The notes: a model not told the origin generated them from the sequence alone. Positions 1 through 10,670 are shown, numbered from the stretch's first letter. The stretch is DNA of 64,000 bases from Opitutales bacterium (GCA_017958565.1 JAGDCJ010000016.1:94-64093); one strand, 5' to 3'. A program made the numbers and translations.

Positions 1-499
1 AAAAATCGCGGAAAAAAGTAGCCCATGGATAACTTCTCCACTGGTCGCTATAATAGCAAGCGCAGCACATACCAATGGAAAAATGTAAGAAGAAGAAAAT
101 ACCCACTCCCAACGCTCGCAGTTTCCACTCCCAAGAAGCAATTGGATTGGTCCAAAAGAGGTAGCTCATCGCAAAAGAAGCCAGCAAAATATCGAGTTCG
201 CTACTGGCACGGACCGGATAACGACTGGTAAAAACCGAACCCAATACCGCTACCGCGAACAACCCGATCCAAAAATTCCTCCACCGCGAGCTTCCTTGAA
301 AATGCTTCAAAAATTTCCACAAACCCAACGCGCAAACGGTTGTGTAAAACGCTTTAAAAATCAAGGCGTACGTAGCGTCAAAGCGCCTCCAAACATAAAT
401 GCCTGCGATCAGATCATAGCCGAAAATCAGCAACCAAAGGGACTTGTATCGCCAAAACCATGCACTCGCTACTGTGATTCGTTGTACGACTTGATACAT
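1..499 (-). CDS. integral membrane protein of unknown function (5' part only; runs off the window start)
   Basis: This ORF is not in the supplied track because it is cut by the window edge. My manual reverse-strand translation from ATG at 499..497 stays open to position 1: MYQVVQRITVASAWFWRYKSLWLLIFGYDLIAGIYVW...LGVGIFFFLHFSIGMCC... It is hydrophobic and Trp-rich. The + strand ORFs here (25..231, 296..514) look like Lys/Arg-rich shadow frames. Confidence 0.35.
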   Translation of the reverse strand, partial: MYQVVQRITVASAWFWRYKSLWLLIFGYDLIAGIYVWRRFDATYALIFKAFYTTVCALGLWKFLKHFQGSSRWRNFWIGLFAVAVLGSVFTSRYPVRASSELDILLASFAMSYLFWTNPIASWEWKLRALGVGIFFFLHFSIGMCCACYYSDQWRSYPWATFFRDF

Positions 500-653
500 A
501 GTATTTTATCGTAGAAAAATTTTCCATAAAAAACAAGATTGTTGATGATGGAAGGCTCATCAAAAAAACACCAACCTTCTCAATATACGAAATCGTCTTT
601 GTTCTTTTGAGCTTGCATGACGACGGAGAAAAAACCTATGGTAAGAGCAGCTT

Positions 654-739
654 GCCTGGATGGCGGAACGGTAGACGCTGAGGACTTAAAATCCTCTGAT
701 CGTAAGATCGTGCGGGTTCGAGTCCCGCTCTAGGCACCA
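654..739 (+). tRNA. tRNA-Leu (anticodon UAA), type II with long variable arm and encoded CCA
   Basis: I folded the cloverleaf by hand. The acceptor stem is GCCTGGA/TCTAGGC with one G-U pair. The D arm is GCG...CGC. The anticodon stem is GAGGA/TCCTC with loop CTTAAAA. The variable arm is GATC-GTAA-GATC. The T arm is GCGGG-TTCGAGT-CCCGC. It ends with discriminator A and CCA. Confidence 0.85.
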
Positions 740-859
740 AACCAACGTTACCCATTTTTGAAAAAGATCTTCTTCTTTTGCGAAGACACCCATGGTTTTT
801 TAAAAAAATTTTTTGAAAATTGCTTGATTCTTTGATCCAAACTTCTTAAAATAAGAGGT

Positions 860-2842
860 ATGAACACCATGAAATTTTGGAAACAAGGATGCTTGCTGGG
901 GTTGTCCATTGCATGGGTCCCTAACTTTGTACACGCTTTAAAGTGGTTTTGCCCTGAATGCCAGAAAGACCATGATACCGACCTATGTACCCGCCGGATT
1001 TACGTGCGCGATTTTTATTGGTGGTGTAAGGAATGCCGTGCAATTCATGTTCCCGGTCAAGTTTGGCCTGTTGATAACCGTGAGGATCCTTACGGCAGAG
1101 AAGATCCTTACTCTTGTACGAACGATTGCTTTCCTTGCAGCACTTGCGATGCGGTTCATGACCGTTATACTATTTACAGAGAGAATCGGTGGTGTTGCAA
1201 ACGATGCCATCGAACGCATGTATTAAATGAAATATGTCCTTATGGATCTTGGTGGTGTGAGGTTCATAACAGACCACATGTCATTGAATTCGATTGCCCT
1301 TATTGCTGGTATTGTACCAATTGTAAAACACATCACCAAGTAAAGATCTGCTCGAAACAGAAACAATTGGAGCATTCACAATGGCGCACCCTACAATGGT
1401 ACTGTTGGGATTGTCACAAAAGCTATCAAGCCGGAAAAGGCTGCCAACATAACTGGTGGTGCGGAGCCTGTTCCGATACGCATGAGCAGCTCAAGGAGCC
1501 TTTTTGTGAAAACGGTTGGTATTGCAAAGAATGCAAGATAGGACACCTTTTTGCAGAAAACTGCCCACGCGGATATTGGTTCTGCAAAGAATGTAAGTTG
1601 GCCATCAAAAAAGAGGTCGCTTGTTCCCATCAAAAATGGTGTGAATCATGCCATCAAAGCCACCTCAAAGACGACCCATGCCCTCTTGATCAAAAGCTTT
1701 CGCAATCCCAATCTTCTAAAAACAAAAAAAGCGATAAAAAAAAGCACAGCAATCAAAAAAAGGAAGACTCCAACTCTAAAGAGGTAATCAAAAAAAAGAA
1801 AGAAAAGAAATCGGTGAAAAAACTTTCTTCCTCAAAATATCAGCAAGAAAATCTTGAGATCAATTTTCATATTTCAAAAATTGAAAAAAAAGAGGAGATT
1901 GTTCCCGCCAAAAAAACTTTCGAAAAAATCAGTATTTCTAAAGAAAAGAATGTTCTTTCTTTTCAGCCAAATAAAAAAAAGGAGAAGAAAAATGTTATTC
2001 CATCTAAACAAAACGAGCTTTTGATCAAGCCTCTTGTTAAGGAAAATAAAGGTAAGAAAATAATTCCTGATCAAAACAACAAGCTTACTATCAATCTTGC
2101 TCCCAAATCCAAAAAAAAGGAGGTAATTCCTTCTTCAAATTATCAAATAAACAACCTTGCTATAAATCTACCTTCTCAGAAGAAAGAATCTACCCCTACC
2201 CCAAAAGATGAGTTTTCCATCCAAAACTTTTCTCATTCTTTCACACCAACACCCAAAGACAAAGAGTCTCCTAAGGTAACAAACTTCGGAAACGATTCTT
2301 TCCCTGCTCCTCACACACCTTTTCCCCTCTCTTCTTCCCAAAAAATAGAAGAAAAGATTTACACAAACAAAGAGGACAACATGAAGACAGAGGACATCGA
2401 TCACTCAAAAAAGAATGTAAGCAAGAATGAAAAAGAAGACAAAAGAGATCATCCAAAACTTAGCTACAGTTTTATAAAAAACATGAAAAACCCTAGCCTC
2501 AACCTTAGCTACAGTTTTCTAGACAAAATGGAAATCCCTAACGTCAACGTCCACAAAAAAATTGCGGAAAAAAGCTCTAGCAAAAGCCACCACGAAGAGG
2601 AAGAGAATGAAGAAAACGAAGAGAATGAGGAAAGTGAAGAAAAAAGCGATAAATCCCCTTCCGTTAGTAGTTCCCGTTCAAAAAATGAGGAAAGCAAATC
2701 TCAAATGAACGAGGAAGAAGAGGAAGCGGAAGAAAGTGAAGAGAACGCTGAGCACGAGGAGAATGAAGAAAACGAAGAAATGGAAGAAGACGAAAAGAGC
2801 AATTCCGTTTCTGCTTCCAACTCAGACAATAAGGAAGAGTAA
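860..2842 (+). CDS. secreted Cys/His/Trp-rich tandem-repeat protein (CCHC zinc-knuckle-like repeats) with Lys-rich and acidic low-complexity tail
   Basis: 660-aa ORF. The N-terminus MNTMKFWKQGCLLGLSIAWVPNFVHA is signal-peptide-like. Residues ~29-275 hold about 12 repeats such as WFCPECQKDH...C, WWCKECRAIH, WCCKRCHRTH...C, WYCTNCKTHH...C, WWCGACSDTH...C, WYCKECKIGH...C and WCESCHQSH...C. These are followed by KKK/S-rich and EEN/EES-rich tracts. Confidence 0.7.
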   Translation: MNTMKFWKQGCLLGLSIAWVPNFVHALKWFCPECQKDHDTDLCTRRIYVRDFYWWCKECRAIHVPGQVWPVDNREDPYGREDPYSCTNDCFPCSTCDAVHDRYTIYRENRWCCKRCHRTHVLNEICPYGSWWCEVHNRPHVIEFDCPYCWYCTNCKTHHQVKICSKQKQLEHSQWRTLQWYCWDCHKSYQAGKGCQHNWWCGACSDTHEQLKEPFCENGWYCKECKIGHLFAENCPRGYWFCKECKLAIKKEVACSHQKWCESCHQSHLKDDPCPLDQKLSQSQSSKNKKSDKKKHSNQKKEDSNSKEVIKKKKEKKSVKKLSSSKYQQENLEINFHISKIEKKEEIVPAKKTFEKISISKEKNVLSFQPNKKKEKKNVIPSKQNELLIKPLVKENKGKKIIPDQNNKLTINLAPKSKKKEVIPSSNYQINNLAINLPSQKKESTPTPKDEFSIQNFSHSFTPTPKDKESPKVTNFGNDSFPAPHTPFPLSSSQKIEEKIYTNKEDNMKTEDIDHSKKNVSKNEKEDKRDHPKLSYSFIKNMKNPSLNLSYSFLDKMEIPNVNVHKKIAEKSSSKSHHEEEENEENEENEESEEKSDKSPSVSSSRSKNEESKSQMNEEEEEAEESEENAEHEENEENEEMEEDEKSNSVSASNSDNKEE

Positions 2843-2864
2843 CCATAAGAAACATTTGTTTGCA

Positions 2865-5800
2865 CTAATTACCCGAACGATACTTTGGGAACGGTTCCAT
2901 TTTCATCGGCGTTACTTCCAGCGCAACAAAAGCGGGATGGTGACGCAATTGTGCGATATCGGTTAAGGTCAGCGTCGTTTTGGCCCCATATGGCAGTTCC
3001 CCTTCCAATGCGTAATCATCATCCAACGCAAAACTGACCTTCAATCGCATCGATCCTTCGCGTTGGTTGATCCAGGTTTGTAACTGTTGACAAAAATCCA
3101 ACGCGGACTCATTCGGAAGGATGATCCAATGCAGCTGCTGAATCAATTGAGGAAATTCTTTGCGAAAATCTCGTACGCGCTGCGCCTGGAGGGCAAATCC
3201 CGAATCATTTTTCCGTACAACCCCTTCCACCACCACTAATGCGCCTTCCTGCACGAAAGAACCGTATGCCGTATACGATTCTCCAAACAACGTACATTCA
3301 TACCGTTCCGCTTGTGTCGATACGGTAAAGGCTAACCACGGCCGATTGCTTTTCCGAGAAATCCGTTTGGTTACCTCTTCCACCACCCCACAAAACCGAA
3401 AAGGTTCGTAGTTGGGTACCAGCGGCCATTCTTCCGGTCGAAACGTCTGAAAAAACCGTTCCAATCCCTGCAGTTCTTCCATCGGATGCCCGGATAAGTA
3501 AAATCCCAACAACTCGTGTTCGTACCGCAATTTTTCAAAAAGGGACATAGATAGCACGCCTTTCTGGTTGGAGGGAACCTCTGACAAAGCATTCGCGTTA
3601 TCGGCTGTACCCGCCTTCTTCTCTTTAGGAATCTTCGACGAACAGGACACCTCTCGCGGCTCCATTCCCAACAATTCATCAAAATCAAAGAGTGAACCCT
3701 GCCCTTTATCGGCATCTTGATGCGCCACTACTGCGGATTTTAACAACCGATCGAGGTTTTCCAATAAAAACCGACGATCTTCCCCCAGCTGATCAAACGC
3801 ACCAACTTTTACCAATGCTTCCACCACCCGCCGGTTCGCCGCCTTCATATCCACGCGTTGCGCAAAATCCAAAAAGGAACGAAAAACACCGTTTTTTTGG
3901 CGCTCTCCCAAGATACAAACAGCCGCTACATCGCCTACGTTCTTAATGGCGGATAAACCAAAACGAATGCATCGTTTTTTCCCCGGTAAGGGCGTAAACG
4001 TGGTAAGCGATTCGTTGATATCCGGCCCTAAAATTTCGATACCTAAGGTGGAACGGCACGCCTCAATATAAAACGACAATTTGTCTGCATTCCCCAATTC
4101 AGAAGAAAGCAATGCTGCCATAAACTGCGCTGGATAATGCGCTTTCAAATACGCGGTTTGATAAATAATAATCGCGTAAGCATCCGAATGGGATTTATTA
4201 AAACCGTATCCCGCAAACTTTGCCAATACGTCGAAAATGTCGTTGGCTTTCCCTTCCGAAATTCCATTTTTCTCCCACGCTCCCTTTACAAACACCGCCC
4301 GCTGTTCTTGCATCACTTCGACCTTCTTCTTTCCCATGGCACGGCGTAAGATATCCGCCTCTCCCAAAGAATAACCAGCAATCACCCGCGCCGCTTGCAT
4401 CACTTGCTCTTGAAATACCAAAATCCCGTATGTACTGCGGCAAATCGGTTCCAACAATGGGTGGATCACGTGAATTTTCTCTGGATGCTTCTTCCCTTGG
4501 ATATATTCCGGAATCCATTCCATCGGCCCCGGACGGTTCAACGCGCTCAGTGCGCTAATTTCATCGATCGAATGAAATGCAAACTGCTGGCAAATTTTCT
4601 GAATGTATGGCGATTCCAGCTGAAACACACCGATGGTTTCTCCTCGGTTGAGCATTTGAAACGTTTGCTCATCTTCAAACGGAATCGTATGAATATCAAA
4701 ACTGGCATCCGCTTGCTCTTGTATCATCTGCTGTGCATCTTGGATAAGCGTAAGGGTTTTGAGTCCCAAGAAATCCATTTTGAGCAACCCTAACGCTTCC
4801 ACATACTCTTTGGAAAATTGCGTCGTAAGTGCGTTTTCCTGCAAGGTCATTGGAACAAACGTTGAAAGCGGATGATCGCTGATCAAAACCCCGCAAGCAT
4901 GGGTTCCCGAATTGCGCGCGATCCCTTCTAAAACTTGCCCATCATGAAAAATTTTTTTCACCAGCGGATCGACCTTAACCGCTTGCTGCAATTCAATCGA
5001 TCGGGTTAACGCATCCGATAGCGTAATTTTTAAATCATCCGGGATCATCTTAGCCAACCGATTGGCTTCGGCATACGGCAACCCATACACTCGCGCCAAA
5101 TCTCTCACAACCTGCTTGGCTCCTAACGTTCCAAAGGTAATAATATTGCCCACATTTTCCTCGCCGTAGGTTTGTCGAACATACGCAAGGACTTCCTCCC
5201 GTCGACGCATGCAAAAATCAACGTCAATATCGGGCGGCGAAACTCGATCCGGATTCAAGAACCGTTCAAACAACAAATGGAAACGAATCGGATCGGTATC
5301 CGTAATGTGCATCACGTAGGCAACCAATGAACCTGCAACAGAACCGCGACCCGGACCTACGGCAATTCCATGCGCTTTTGCCCAATGAATAAAATCCCAA
5401 ACGATGAGAAAATAATCCACAAAACCTGCTTGTTCGATCACCTTCCATTCATATTGCAAACGTTCTATCATTTCTTTGGGGGTTAACCCAAACACCGCCT
5501 TCCCTGTCGCCGTGTCAAAATCGATTCCATAACGCTGTTGCAACCCGTCTTTGCACAAACCCACAAACAGCGCATGATTGGTAGGATATCGTCGTCGATC
5601 GGCTTCTGGCAAATGATCCATTCGAAACACCGGATAATGGTTTTCGCCAAACGGTAGCTCTACATGGCAACGCTCTGCAATTGCCATCGTATTTTCCAAG
5701 CCCTCTGAACAGTCCGGAAACGCAAGCGCCATTTCTTCCGCCGATTTTAAATAAAATTGATGCGTGGGCATTCGCATGCGCACCTCATCGTCCACTTTCG

Positions 5801-6512
5801 TTGCGGTTTGAATACACAACAACGCATCCTGTGCTTCCCAATCCTCTGCATGAATGTAATGCACATCATTGGTGACAACACAACGAACAGATAATTCTTT
5901 CGCTAATTGCAACAACGGTGGATTCAAAGTCACCTGCTCGGGCATTCCCTGATTTTGCAATTCAACATAAAAATCCTCTTCTCCAAAAATATCGATCAAT
6001 GTCCGTAAGGCTTGCTTCGCTTTATCGTACTCTCCACGCAACAAAAATTGAGAAAGTACTCCGTTAATGCATCCCGAAGAACCGATTAATCCTTCGTGAT
6101 ACTTTTTCAGCTGTTCCAAATCCGTTCGGGGTTTGTAATAAAACCCTTTGGTGTGTGCATCCGATACCAGCTGCATCAAATTTCGGAAGCCGGCCCAATC
6201 TTTTGCCCATACGCAAGCATGAGCCAACTTGAGACCTTCGGTGCCGGTTTGCCGTTCTCTTTCTAACCGGCTTCCTTCATACAACCAATAAATTTCACAA
6301 CCCAAGATCGGGTGAACTCCTGCCTTTTTTGCCGCTTGATAAAATGCAGGGATGCCAAACAAATTCCCATGGTCGGTCAAAGCCAACGCCGGCATTTGCA
6401 ATTCCACCGCACGTGCGACCAATCGCTCGATTTTACAAGCACCGTCCAACAAGCTGTATTCGGAATGTACATGCAAATGGACAAAAGGCTTTGGCATCTC
6501 TTTGATTGTCAA
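2865..6512 (-). CDS. dnaE: DNA polymerase III alpha subunit
   Basis: 1215-aa ORF with the N-terminal PHP motif FVHLHVHSEYSLLDGACKI. Its length and overall layout are typical of DnaE. Confidence 0.95.
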   Translation of the reverse strand: MTIKEMPKPFVHLHVHSEYSLLDGACKIERLVARAVELQMPALALTDHGNLFGIPAFYQAAKKAGVHPILGCEIYWLYEGSRLERERQTGTEGLKLAHACVWAKDWAGFRNLMQLVSDAHTKGFYYKPRTDLEQLKKYHEGLIGSSGCINGVLSQFLLRGEYDKAKQALRTLIDIFGEEDFYVELQNQGMPEQVTLNPPLLQLAKELSVRCVVTNDVHYIHAEDWEAQDALLCIQTATKVDDEVRMRMPTHQFYLKSAEEMALAFPDCSEGLENTMAIAERCHVELPFGENHYPVFRMDHLPEADRRRYPTNHALFVGLCKDGLQQRYGIDFDTATGKAVFGLTPKEMIERLQYEWKVIEQAGFVDYFLIVWDFIHWAKAHGIAVGPGRGSVAGSLVAYVMHITDTDPIRFHLLFERFLNPDRVSPPDIDVDFCMRRREEVLAYVRQTYGEENVGNIITFGTLGAKQVVRDLARVYGLPYAEANRLAKMIPDDLKITLSDALTRSIELQQAVKVDPLVKKIFHDGQVLEGIARNSGTHACGVLISDHPLSTFVPMTLQENALTTQFSKEYVEALGLLKMDFLGLKTLTLIQDAQQMIQEQADASFDIHTIPFEDEQTFQMLNRGETIGVFQLESPYIQKICQQFAFHSIDEISALSALNRPGPMEWIPEYIQGKKHPEKIHVIHPLLEPICRSTYGILVFQEQVMQAARVIAGYSLGEADILRRAMGKKKVEVMQEQRAVFVKGAWEKNGISEGKANDIFDVLAKFAGYGFNKSHSDAYAIIIYQTAYLKAHYPAQFMAALLSSELGNADKLSFYIEACRSTLGIEILGPDINESLTTFTPLPGKKRCIRFGLSAIKNVGDVAAVCILGERQKNGVFRSFLDFAQRVDMKAANRRVVEALVKVGAFDQLGEDRRFLLENLDRLLKSAVVAHQDADKGQGSLFDFDELLGMEPREVSCSSKIPKEKKAGTADNANALSEVPSNQKGVLSMSLFEKLRYEHELLGFYLSGHPMEELQGLERFFQTFRPEEWPLVPNYEPFRFCGVVEEVTKRISRKSNRPWLAFTVSTQAERYECTLFGESYTAYGSFVQEGALVVVEGVVRKNDSGFALQAQRVRDFRKEFPQLIQQLHWIILPNESALDFCQQLQTWINQREGSMRLKVSFALDDDYALEGELPYGAKTTLTLTDIAQLRHHPAFVALEVTPMKMEPFPKYRSGN

Positions 6513-6556
6513 AATTTGAGCAAATTGGGTCGAGAAAAATCCAAAACTTTTTCTCG

Positions 6557-6925
6557 TTATGCCAGAAGCGCAACCGCTAAAGCAGTTGTTCGATGATGCG
6601 ATAAGGAAATCTGCACTTCCGTTGCTTGATATTTCTGCAACAACATTTTCCCAAATTCATCCAATTGCACATATGGGCTTCCTTGCGCGTCGTTTCGAAC
6701 TTCGACCGAAACCCACCGCAAAGAAGCTCCAAAACCAACCCCAAACGCCTTTGCAACCGCTTCTTTTGCAGCAAAACGTGCGGCAAATGATGGCCATGGA
6801 ATGTTTTTCTTCCAACAAAACTGCCATTCGTACGGTGTAAATACTTTTCCACACAAAGATTCTCCATACCGTTCTACACAATGACGAATACGATCGATCT
6901 CAACCAAATCGGTACCGATTCGCAT
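6557..6925 (-). CDS. acpS: holo-[acyl-carrier-protein] synthase
   Basis: 122 aa. MRIGTDLVEIDRI... and ...FAAKEAVAKAFGVG are classic AcpS motifs. Confidence 0.85.
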   Translation of the reverse strand: MRIGTDLVEIDRIRHCVERYGESLCGKVFTPYEWQFCWKKNIPWPSFAARFAAKEAVAKAFGVGFGASLRWVSVEVRNDAQGSPYVQLDEFGKMLLQKYQATEVQISLSHHRTTALAVALLA

Positions 6926-6928
6926 GCT

Positions 6929-8071
6929 TTATCCTTGCCGTGTACGAGGTTTTCCGGCACGCAGCCACGCCTCTATAAAAAGATCCAAATCGCCATCCAT
7001 AACGGCTTGTACATTGTCTGTTTCCACCTGGGTACGCAAATCTTTTACCATTTGATACGGCTGAAAAACATAACTGCGGATTTGGCACCCCCAACCGATT
7101 TCTCCCTTTTCTCCATAAAAACGCTCCAACGCAGATCGTTTTTCATCCTGCATGCGTTCATACAAACGAGCTTTTAAAACCGACAGGGCTGAAGCACGAT
7201 TTTTCATCTGCGATCGCTCATTTTGACACGTTACCACGATTCCGGTTGGGAGGTGCGTAATCCGAACCGCGGATTCGGTTTTATTCACATGTTGTCCACC
7301 AGCACCGCTGGAACGAAACACATCAATTTTCAAATCTTTTTCTTCATCGATCGGAACCTCTACCTCTTCCTTTAATTCTGCAATCACATCCACCGCACAA
7401 AAGGAAGTATGCCGCTTTCGATTTGCATTAAAAGGACTGATGCGCACCAACCGATGAACTCCACGTTCCGCCTTCAAATACCCATATGCGTGCAAACCTT
7501 CCACACGAAACGTTACGCTGCTAATACCAGCTTCCTCTCCGTTTTGCAAGGATTGCAACTCCATCACAAACCCTTTGCGCTCAATCCAACGAGTATACAT
7601 GCGAAACACCATTTGTGCCCAATCGCACGCTTCTGTTCCACCAGCACCAGCGTGAATGGTTACAATGGCATTATTTTCATCCATCGGGCCCGATAAAAAC
7701 GCTTGCAGCTCTAAAGAATCGACTGTTTTTCGCGCCTCGGTAATCGCTTGTATAAGCTCTCGATCCCATTCTGCCCTGTCTGCTTCGGAACATTCGGTTT
7801 TTTGGTACAACTGAAAATATTCTTGCAACCATTGCATTGCTTTCTCGCCTGCTTCAATCGGTTCCAAAAAACGCTCGCAGGCACGCGCTTCCTGCTGCAA
7901 AGCTTGCGCTCTTGCATGATCGCCGCTCTGCCATAAATCATCTTCCGCCAATTGTTTTTGAAGCTCCGCTAACTGTGCCCTTTTTTCTTCGATTTTCAAA
8001 AAAGCTGTCAGTTTTTCCCACCGGCCTATTAAGGCTTCCACCTCTTCCTTCTGCCCGTGATCGAGAAACAT
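6929..8071 (-). CDS. prfB: peptide chain release factor 2
   Basis: It carries the SPF tripeptide (RISPFNANRKRHTSF) and the GGQ motif (SSGAGGQHVNKTES). I trimmed the start to ATG 8071 (MFLDHGQKEE...) because the 436-aa ORF start at 8239 would overlap trmB by ~130 nt. I found no in-frame TGA or canonical +1 frameshift site. Confidence 0.9.
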   Translation of the reverse strand: MFLDHGQKEEVEALIGRWEKLTAFLKIEEKRAQLAELQKQLAEDDLWQSGDHARAQALQQEARACERFLEPIEAGEKAMQWLQEYFQLYQKTECSEADRAEWDRELIQAITEARKTVDSLELQAFLSGPMDENNAIVTIHAGAGGTEACDWAQMVFRMYTRWIERKGFVMELQSLQNGEEAGISSVTFRVEGLHAYGYLKAERGVHRLVRISPFNANRKRHTSFCAVDVIAELKEEVEVPIDEEKDLKIDVFRSSGAGGQHVNKTESAVRITHLPTGIVVTCQNERSQMKNRASALSVLKARLYERMQDEKRSALERFYGEKGEIGWGCQIRSYVFQPYQMVKDLRTQVETDNVQAVMDGDLDLFIEAWLRAGKPRTRQG

Positions 8072-8105
8072 GCTGGTTTGAATGTAAAAAACCTCAACAA
8101 GAGAC

Positions 8106-8717
8106 TCAAGCTGATTTATCCTCTCGATTCTGGCATTGAAAAATGAGCTGCTGTCCTTGCCCCATTCGTCGAGAAAAAACCGTATCGACCACATAGGGTT
8201 CCCGATCCACAAGAATCCAACGGGGATGTTGCTCGACATTTTTGATAACCGCTTCCCTGTAAGCTACATCATCCGTTTCAAAATAAACGCACCCTCGCGG
8301 TACCATTCGTGCAGCTAACAAGGTAAAAAACTCCGATTGTAACAATCGATGCTTATGATGGCGTCGCTTCGGCCATGGATCTGGATACAAAATGAATACT
8401 TCATTCCAAAACACCGAACTGGGCTGGCATTCCAAAAACTCTTCCGCACTTGCTTGCAAAAAGCAACTATTCTTTACCTCTGCACGCTGCGCTTTTCGTG
8501 TAGCAGAAGCCAATCGATGCGCAAGAAGATCGATTCCGAAACAAAAACGATCTGGATACTGTTGCGCATAATGCACCAAAAAATCTCCATGCCCACAACC
8601 GATTTCCAATGTTTTCCAGCCATCGTGTGTTGGAAGCAGTCGCTGTAAAGATTCCAACAAAGCCGCTTTGCGCGTTTGTACTTTTTGCTGGTAATCTAAA
8701 AACAAATTCATAGGCAT
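8106..8717 (-). CDS. trmB: tRNA (guanine-N7)-methyltransferase
   Basis: 203 aa. LEIGCGHGDFLV is the SAM motif, and ILYPDPWPKRRHHKHRL is the TrmB signature. Confidence 0.85.
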   Translation of the reverse strand: MPMNLFLDYQQKVQTRKAALLESLQRLLPTHDGWKTLEIGCGHGDFLVHYAQQYPDRFCFGIDLLAHRLASATRKAQRAEVKNSCFLQASAEEFLECQPSSVFWNEVFILYPDPWPKRRHHKHRLLQSEFFTLLAARMVPRGCVYFETDDVAYREAVIKNVEQHPRWILVDREPYVVDTVFSRRMGQGQQLIFQCQNREDKSA

Positions 8718-8770
8718 TGTTTCAAACTACCATCATTCTTTTTGCCGCTTGACCGCAAACAATTTGCTGT

Positions 8771-10642
8771 TTATGAGCTGTTCCCTTTGTACCTTTTCAA
8801 CGCGACCATAAGCAATTGAATATCGGAAGGATTAACTCCACTGATACGAGATGCCTGTCCTAAGGTTAAGGGTCGTATGGAAGCTAATTTTTGCCGACTT
8901 TCGTTACGCAATCCATATACGGTCGACCAATCCCAATTCGCCGGAATTTTCATGGCTTCCAGCCAGCGCATTTTTTCAACTTGTTGCTGTTCTCGTTCCA
9001 AATACCCGTGGTAGCGGACTCGATACAACACTTCTTCTTGGATCGCTTCGGATAATGCACAAAAATCCGAGGGTAAGTTCGGTGTAACTGGGGTTGGGTT
9101 ACTTTGCGCTTGTCGGACTTGATCCGCAAAGGTTTGTCCTTCCCAAACTGGCATCGATTCTAGCTTTTGGACCCATTGTTCAATGGCTTGCTTTTTGCTT
9201 CGAATCGCTGACAAACGCGCTGGCGAACAAACCCGATATTTTTCTGCATGCGCAAGTAAACGCAATTCGGCGCTGGTGTGATTTAACAACAGACGATGCT
9301 CAGCACGCCCGGTGAACATACGGTAAGGTTCTCGGGTCCCTTTTGTGACCAAATCATCGATTAATACACCGATATAACTTTCTTCGCGCGATAAGATACA
9401 AGGTTCTTCTCCCAACACGCTTGCGGAAGCATTGATTCCCGCCAACAAGCCTTGACCAGCGGCTTCTTCGTATCCGGAGGTTCCGTTAATTTGCCCCGCG
9501 AAAAACAATCCACGCAGCCGCTTGCTTTCTAAGGAAGGGAACAGGTCCGTTGGGTCGGAAAAAACATACTCGACCGCATACGCTGGACGTACCAAAATCG
9601 CTTGCTCAAGCCCTGGTATCGTTTTCAACAGATCTCGCTGAACGTCGATCGGTAAGCTTGTGGACAATCCATTGATGTACCACTCATGGGTTCCCAATCC
9701 TTCCGGTTCTAAAAACAATCGATGCCGATCCCGATCCGGGAAACGGACACACTTATCTTCGATACTCGGACAATAACGCGGCCCTACCCCTTGAATGTTT
9801 CCAGAAAACAAAGCCGATTGTTTCAAGTGGTCCAAGATGATGCGGTGCGTTTGCGGGTTGGTATAGGTCATCCAACAAGAGTGCGCCTGTGTTCCTGGCT
9901 TCCAAACCATTGGATTGCGAATATTGTCCGACGAAAATTCTTCCGCAGGACGCGTATCATAAAACGCAAAAAAACAAGGATTTGCGTCGCTTTTTTGTTC
10001 TTCACAAACGGAAAAATCAATACTGCGCCCCAAAATCCGCGCGGGTGTTCCCGTTTTTAACCATCCGAGCGGAAACCCAAACTCTTTCAACTGTTCCATT
10101 AAGGCAATACTCACCGAATCCCCCATTCGACCTCCTGAAAAATGAGTATGGCCAATATGCAAAATCCCGCCTAAAAAAGTCCCGGTCGCCAACAGAACGG
10201 TTTTCGAAGAGATGGAGCCGGACCATCGAGTCTGTACACCGCACACTCGATGATTTTTTGTGAGCAAACCTAACACTTCATCTTGCAACAGTTGCAAATG
10301 GGGCTGTTGCTCTAATTGACGCTTGAGACTCCACTGATAACATTTTTTATCACATTGCGCACGAGGGGCTTGTACCGCATACCCTTTGGAACGATTAAGT
10401 ACGCGAAATTGAAGCGCCGTCTGATCGGCATGGATAGCCATCTGCCCACCCAATGCATCGATTTCACGAACCATGTGGCCCTTTGCCAATCCACCAATCG
10501 ACGGGTTGCAACTCATCTGTGCGATCGTATCTAAATTGTGCGTAATTAAAAGCACGGATACGCCGCGCTTCGCCGCAATCGCAGCTGCTTCGCACCCCGC
10601 ATGCCCCCCACCGCATACAATTACATCCCAATCGGTTACCAT
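8771..10642 (-). CDS. mnmG: tRNA uridine 5-carboxymethylaminomethyl modification enzyme MnmG (GidA)
   Basis: 623 aa. [15 protein letters not shown] is the FAD motif, and [24 protein letters not shown] is typical of GidA. Confidence 0.95.
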   Translation of the reverse strand: MVTDWDVIVCGGGHAGCEAAAIAAKRGVSVLLITHNLDTIAQMSCNPSIGGLAKGHMVREIDALGGQMAIHADQTALQFRVLNRSKGYAVQAPRAQCDKKCYQWSLKRQLEQQPHLQLLQDEVLGLLTKNHRVCGVQTRWSGSISSKTVLLATGTFLGGILHIGHTHFSGGRMGDSVSIALMEQLKEFGFPLGWLKTGTPARILGRSIDFSVCEEQKSDANPCFFAFYDTRPAEEFSSDNIRNPMVWKPGTQAHSCWMTYTNPQTHRIILDHLKQSALFSGNIQGVGPRYCPSIEDKCVRFPDRDRHRLFLEPEGLGTHEWYINGLSTSLPIDVQRDLLKTIPGLEQAILVRPAYAVEYVFSDPTDLFPSLESKRLRGLFFAGQINGTSGYEEAAGQGLLAGINASASVLGEEPCILSREESYIGVLIDDLVTKGTREPYRMFTGRAEHRLLLNHTSAELRLLAHAEKYRVCSPARLSAIRSKKQAIEQWVQKLESMPVWEGQTFADQVRQAQSNPTPVTPNLPSDFCALSEAIQEEVLYRVRYHGYLEREQQQVEKMRWLEAMKIPANWDWSTVYGLRNESRQKLASIRPLTLGQASRISGVNPSDIQLLMVALKRYKGNSS

Positions 10643-10670
10643 CTTCTCGATTCCTCAACCGGATTTCTTT

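Noticed and set aside
25-514. Plus-strand ORFs 25..231 and 296..514 at the window start
   Set aside because: Their translations are Lys/Arg/Asn-rich with no recognisable motif. The opposite strand carries an uninterrupted, hydrophobic membrane-protein-like frame from ATG 499 to the window edge. I treat the + ORFs as shadow frames.
6929-8239. Possible programmed +1 frameshift in prfB, and the long 436-aa form of the ORF
   Set aside because: I looked for the canonical CTT TGA C site around the region equivalent to the E. coli shift site (near 7990-8010). A TTT TGA exists in another frame, but shifting +1 from it does not enter the RF2 frame. The RF2 frame is open from ATG 8071 with a sensible N-terminus. 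The extra 56 codons up to 8239 overlap trmB, so I trimmed them.
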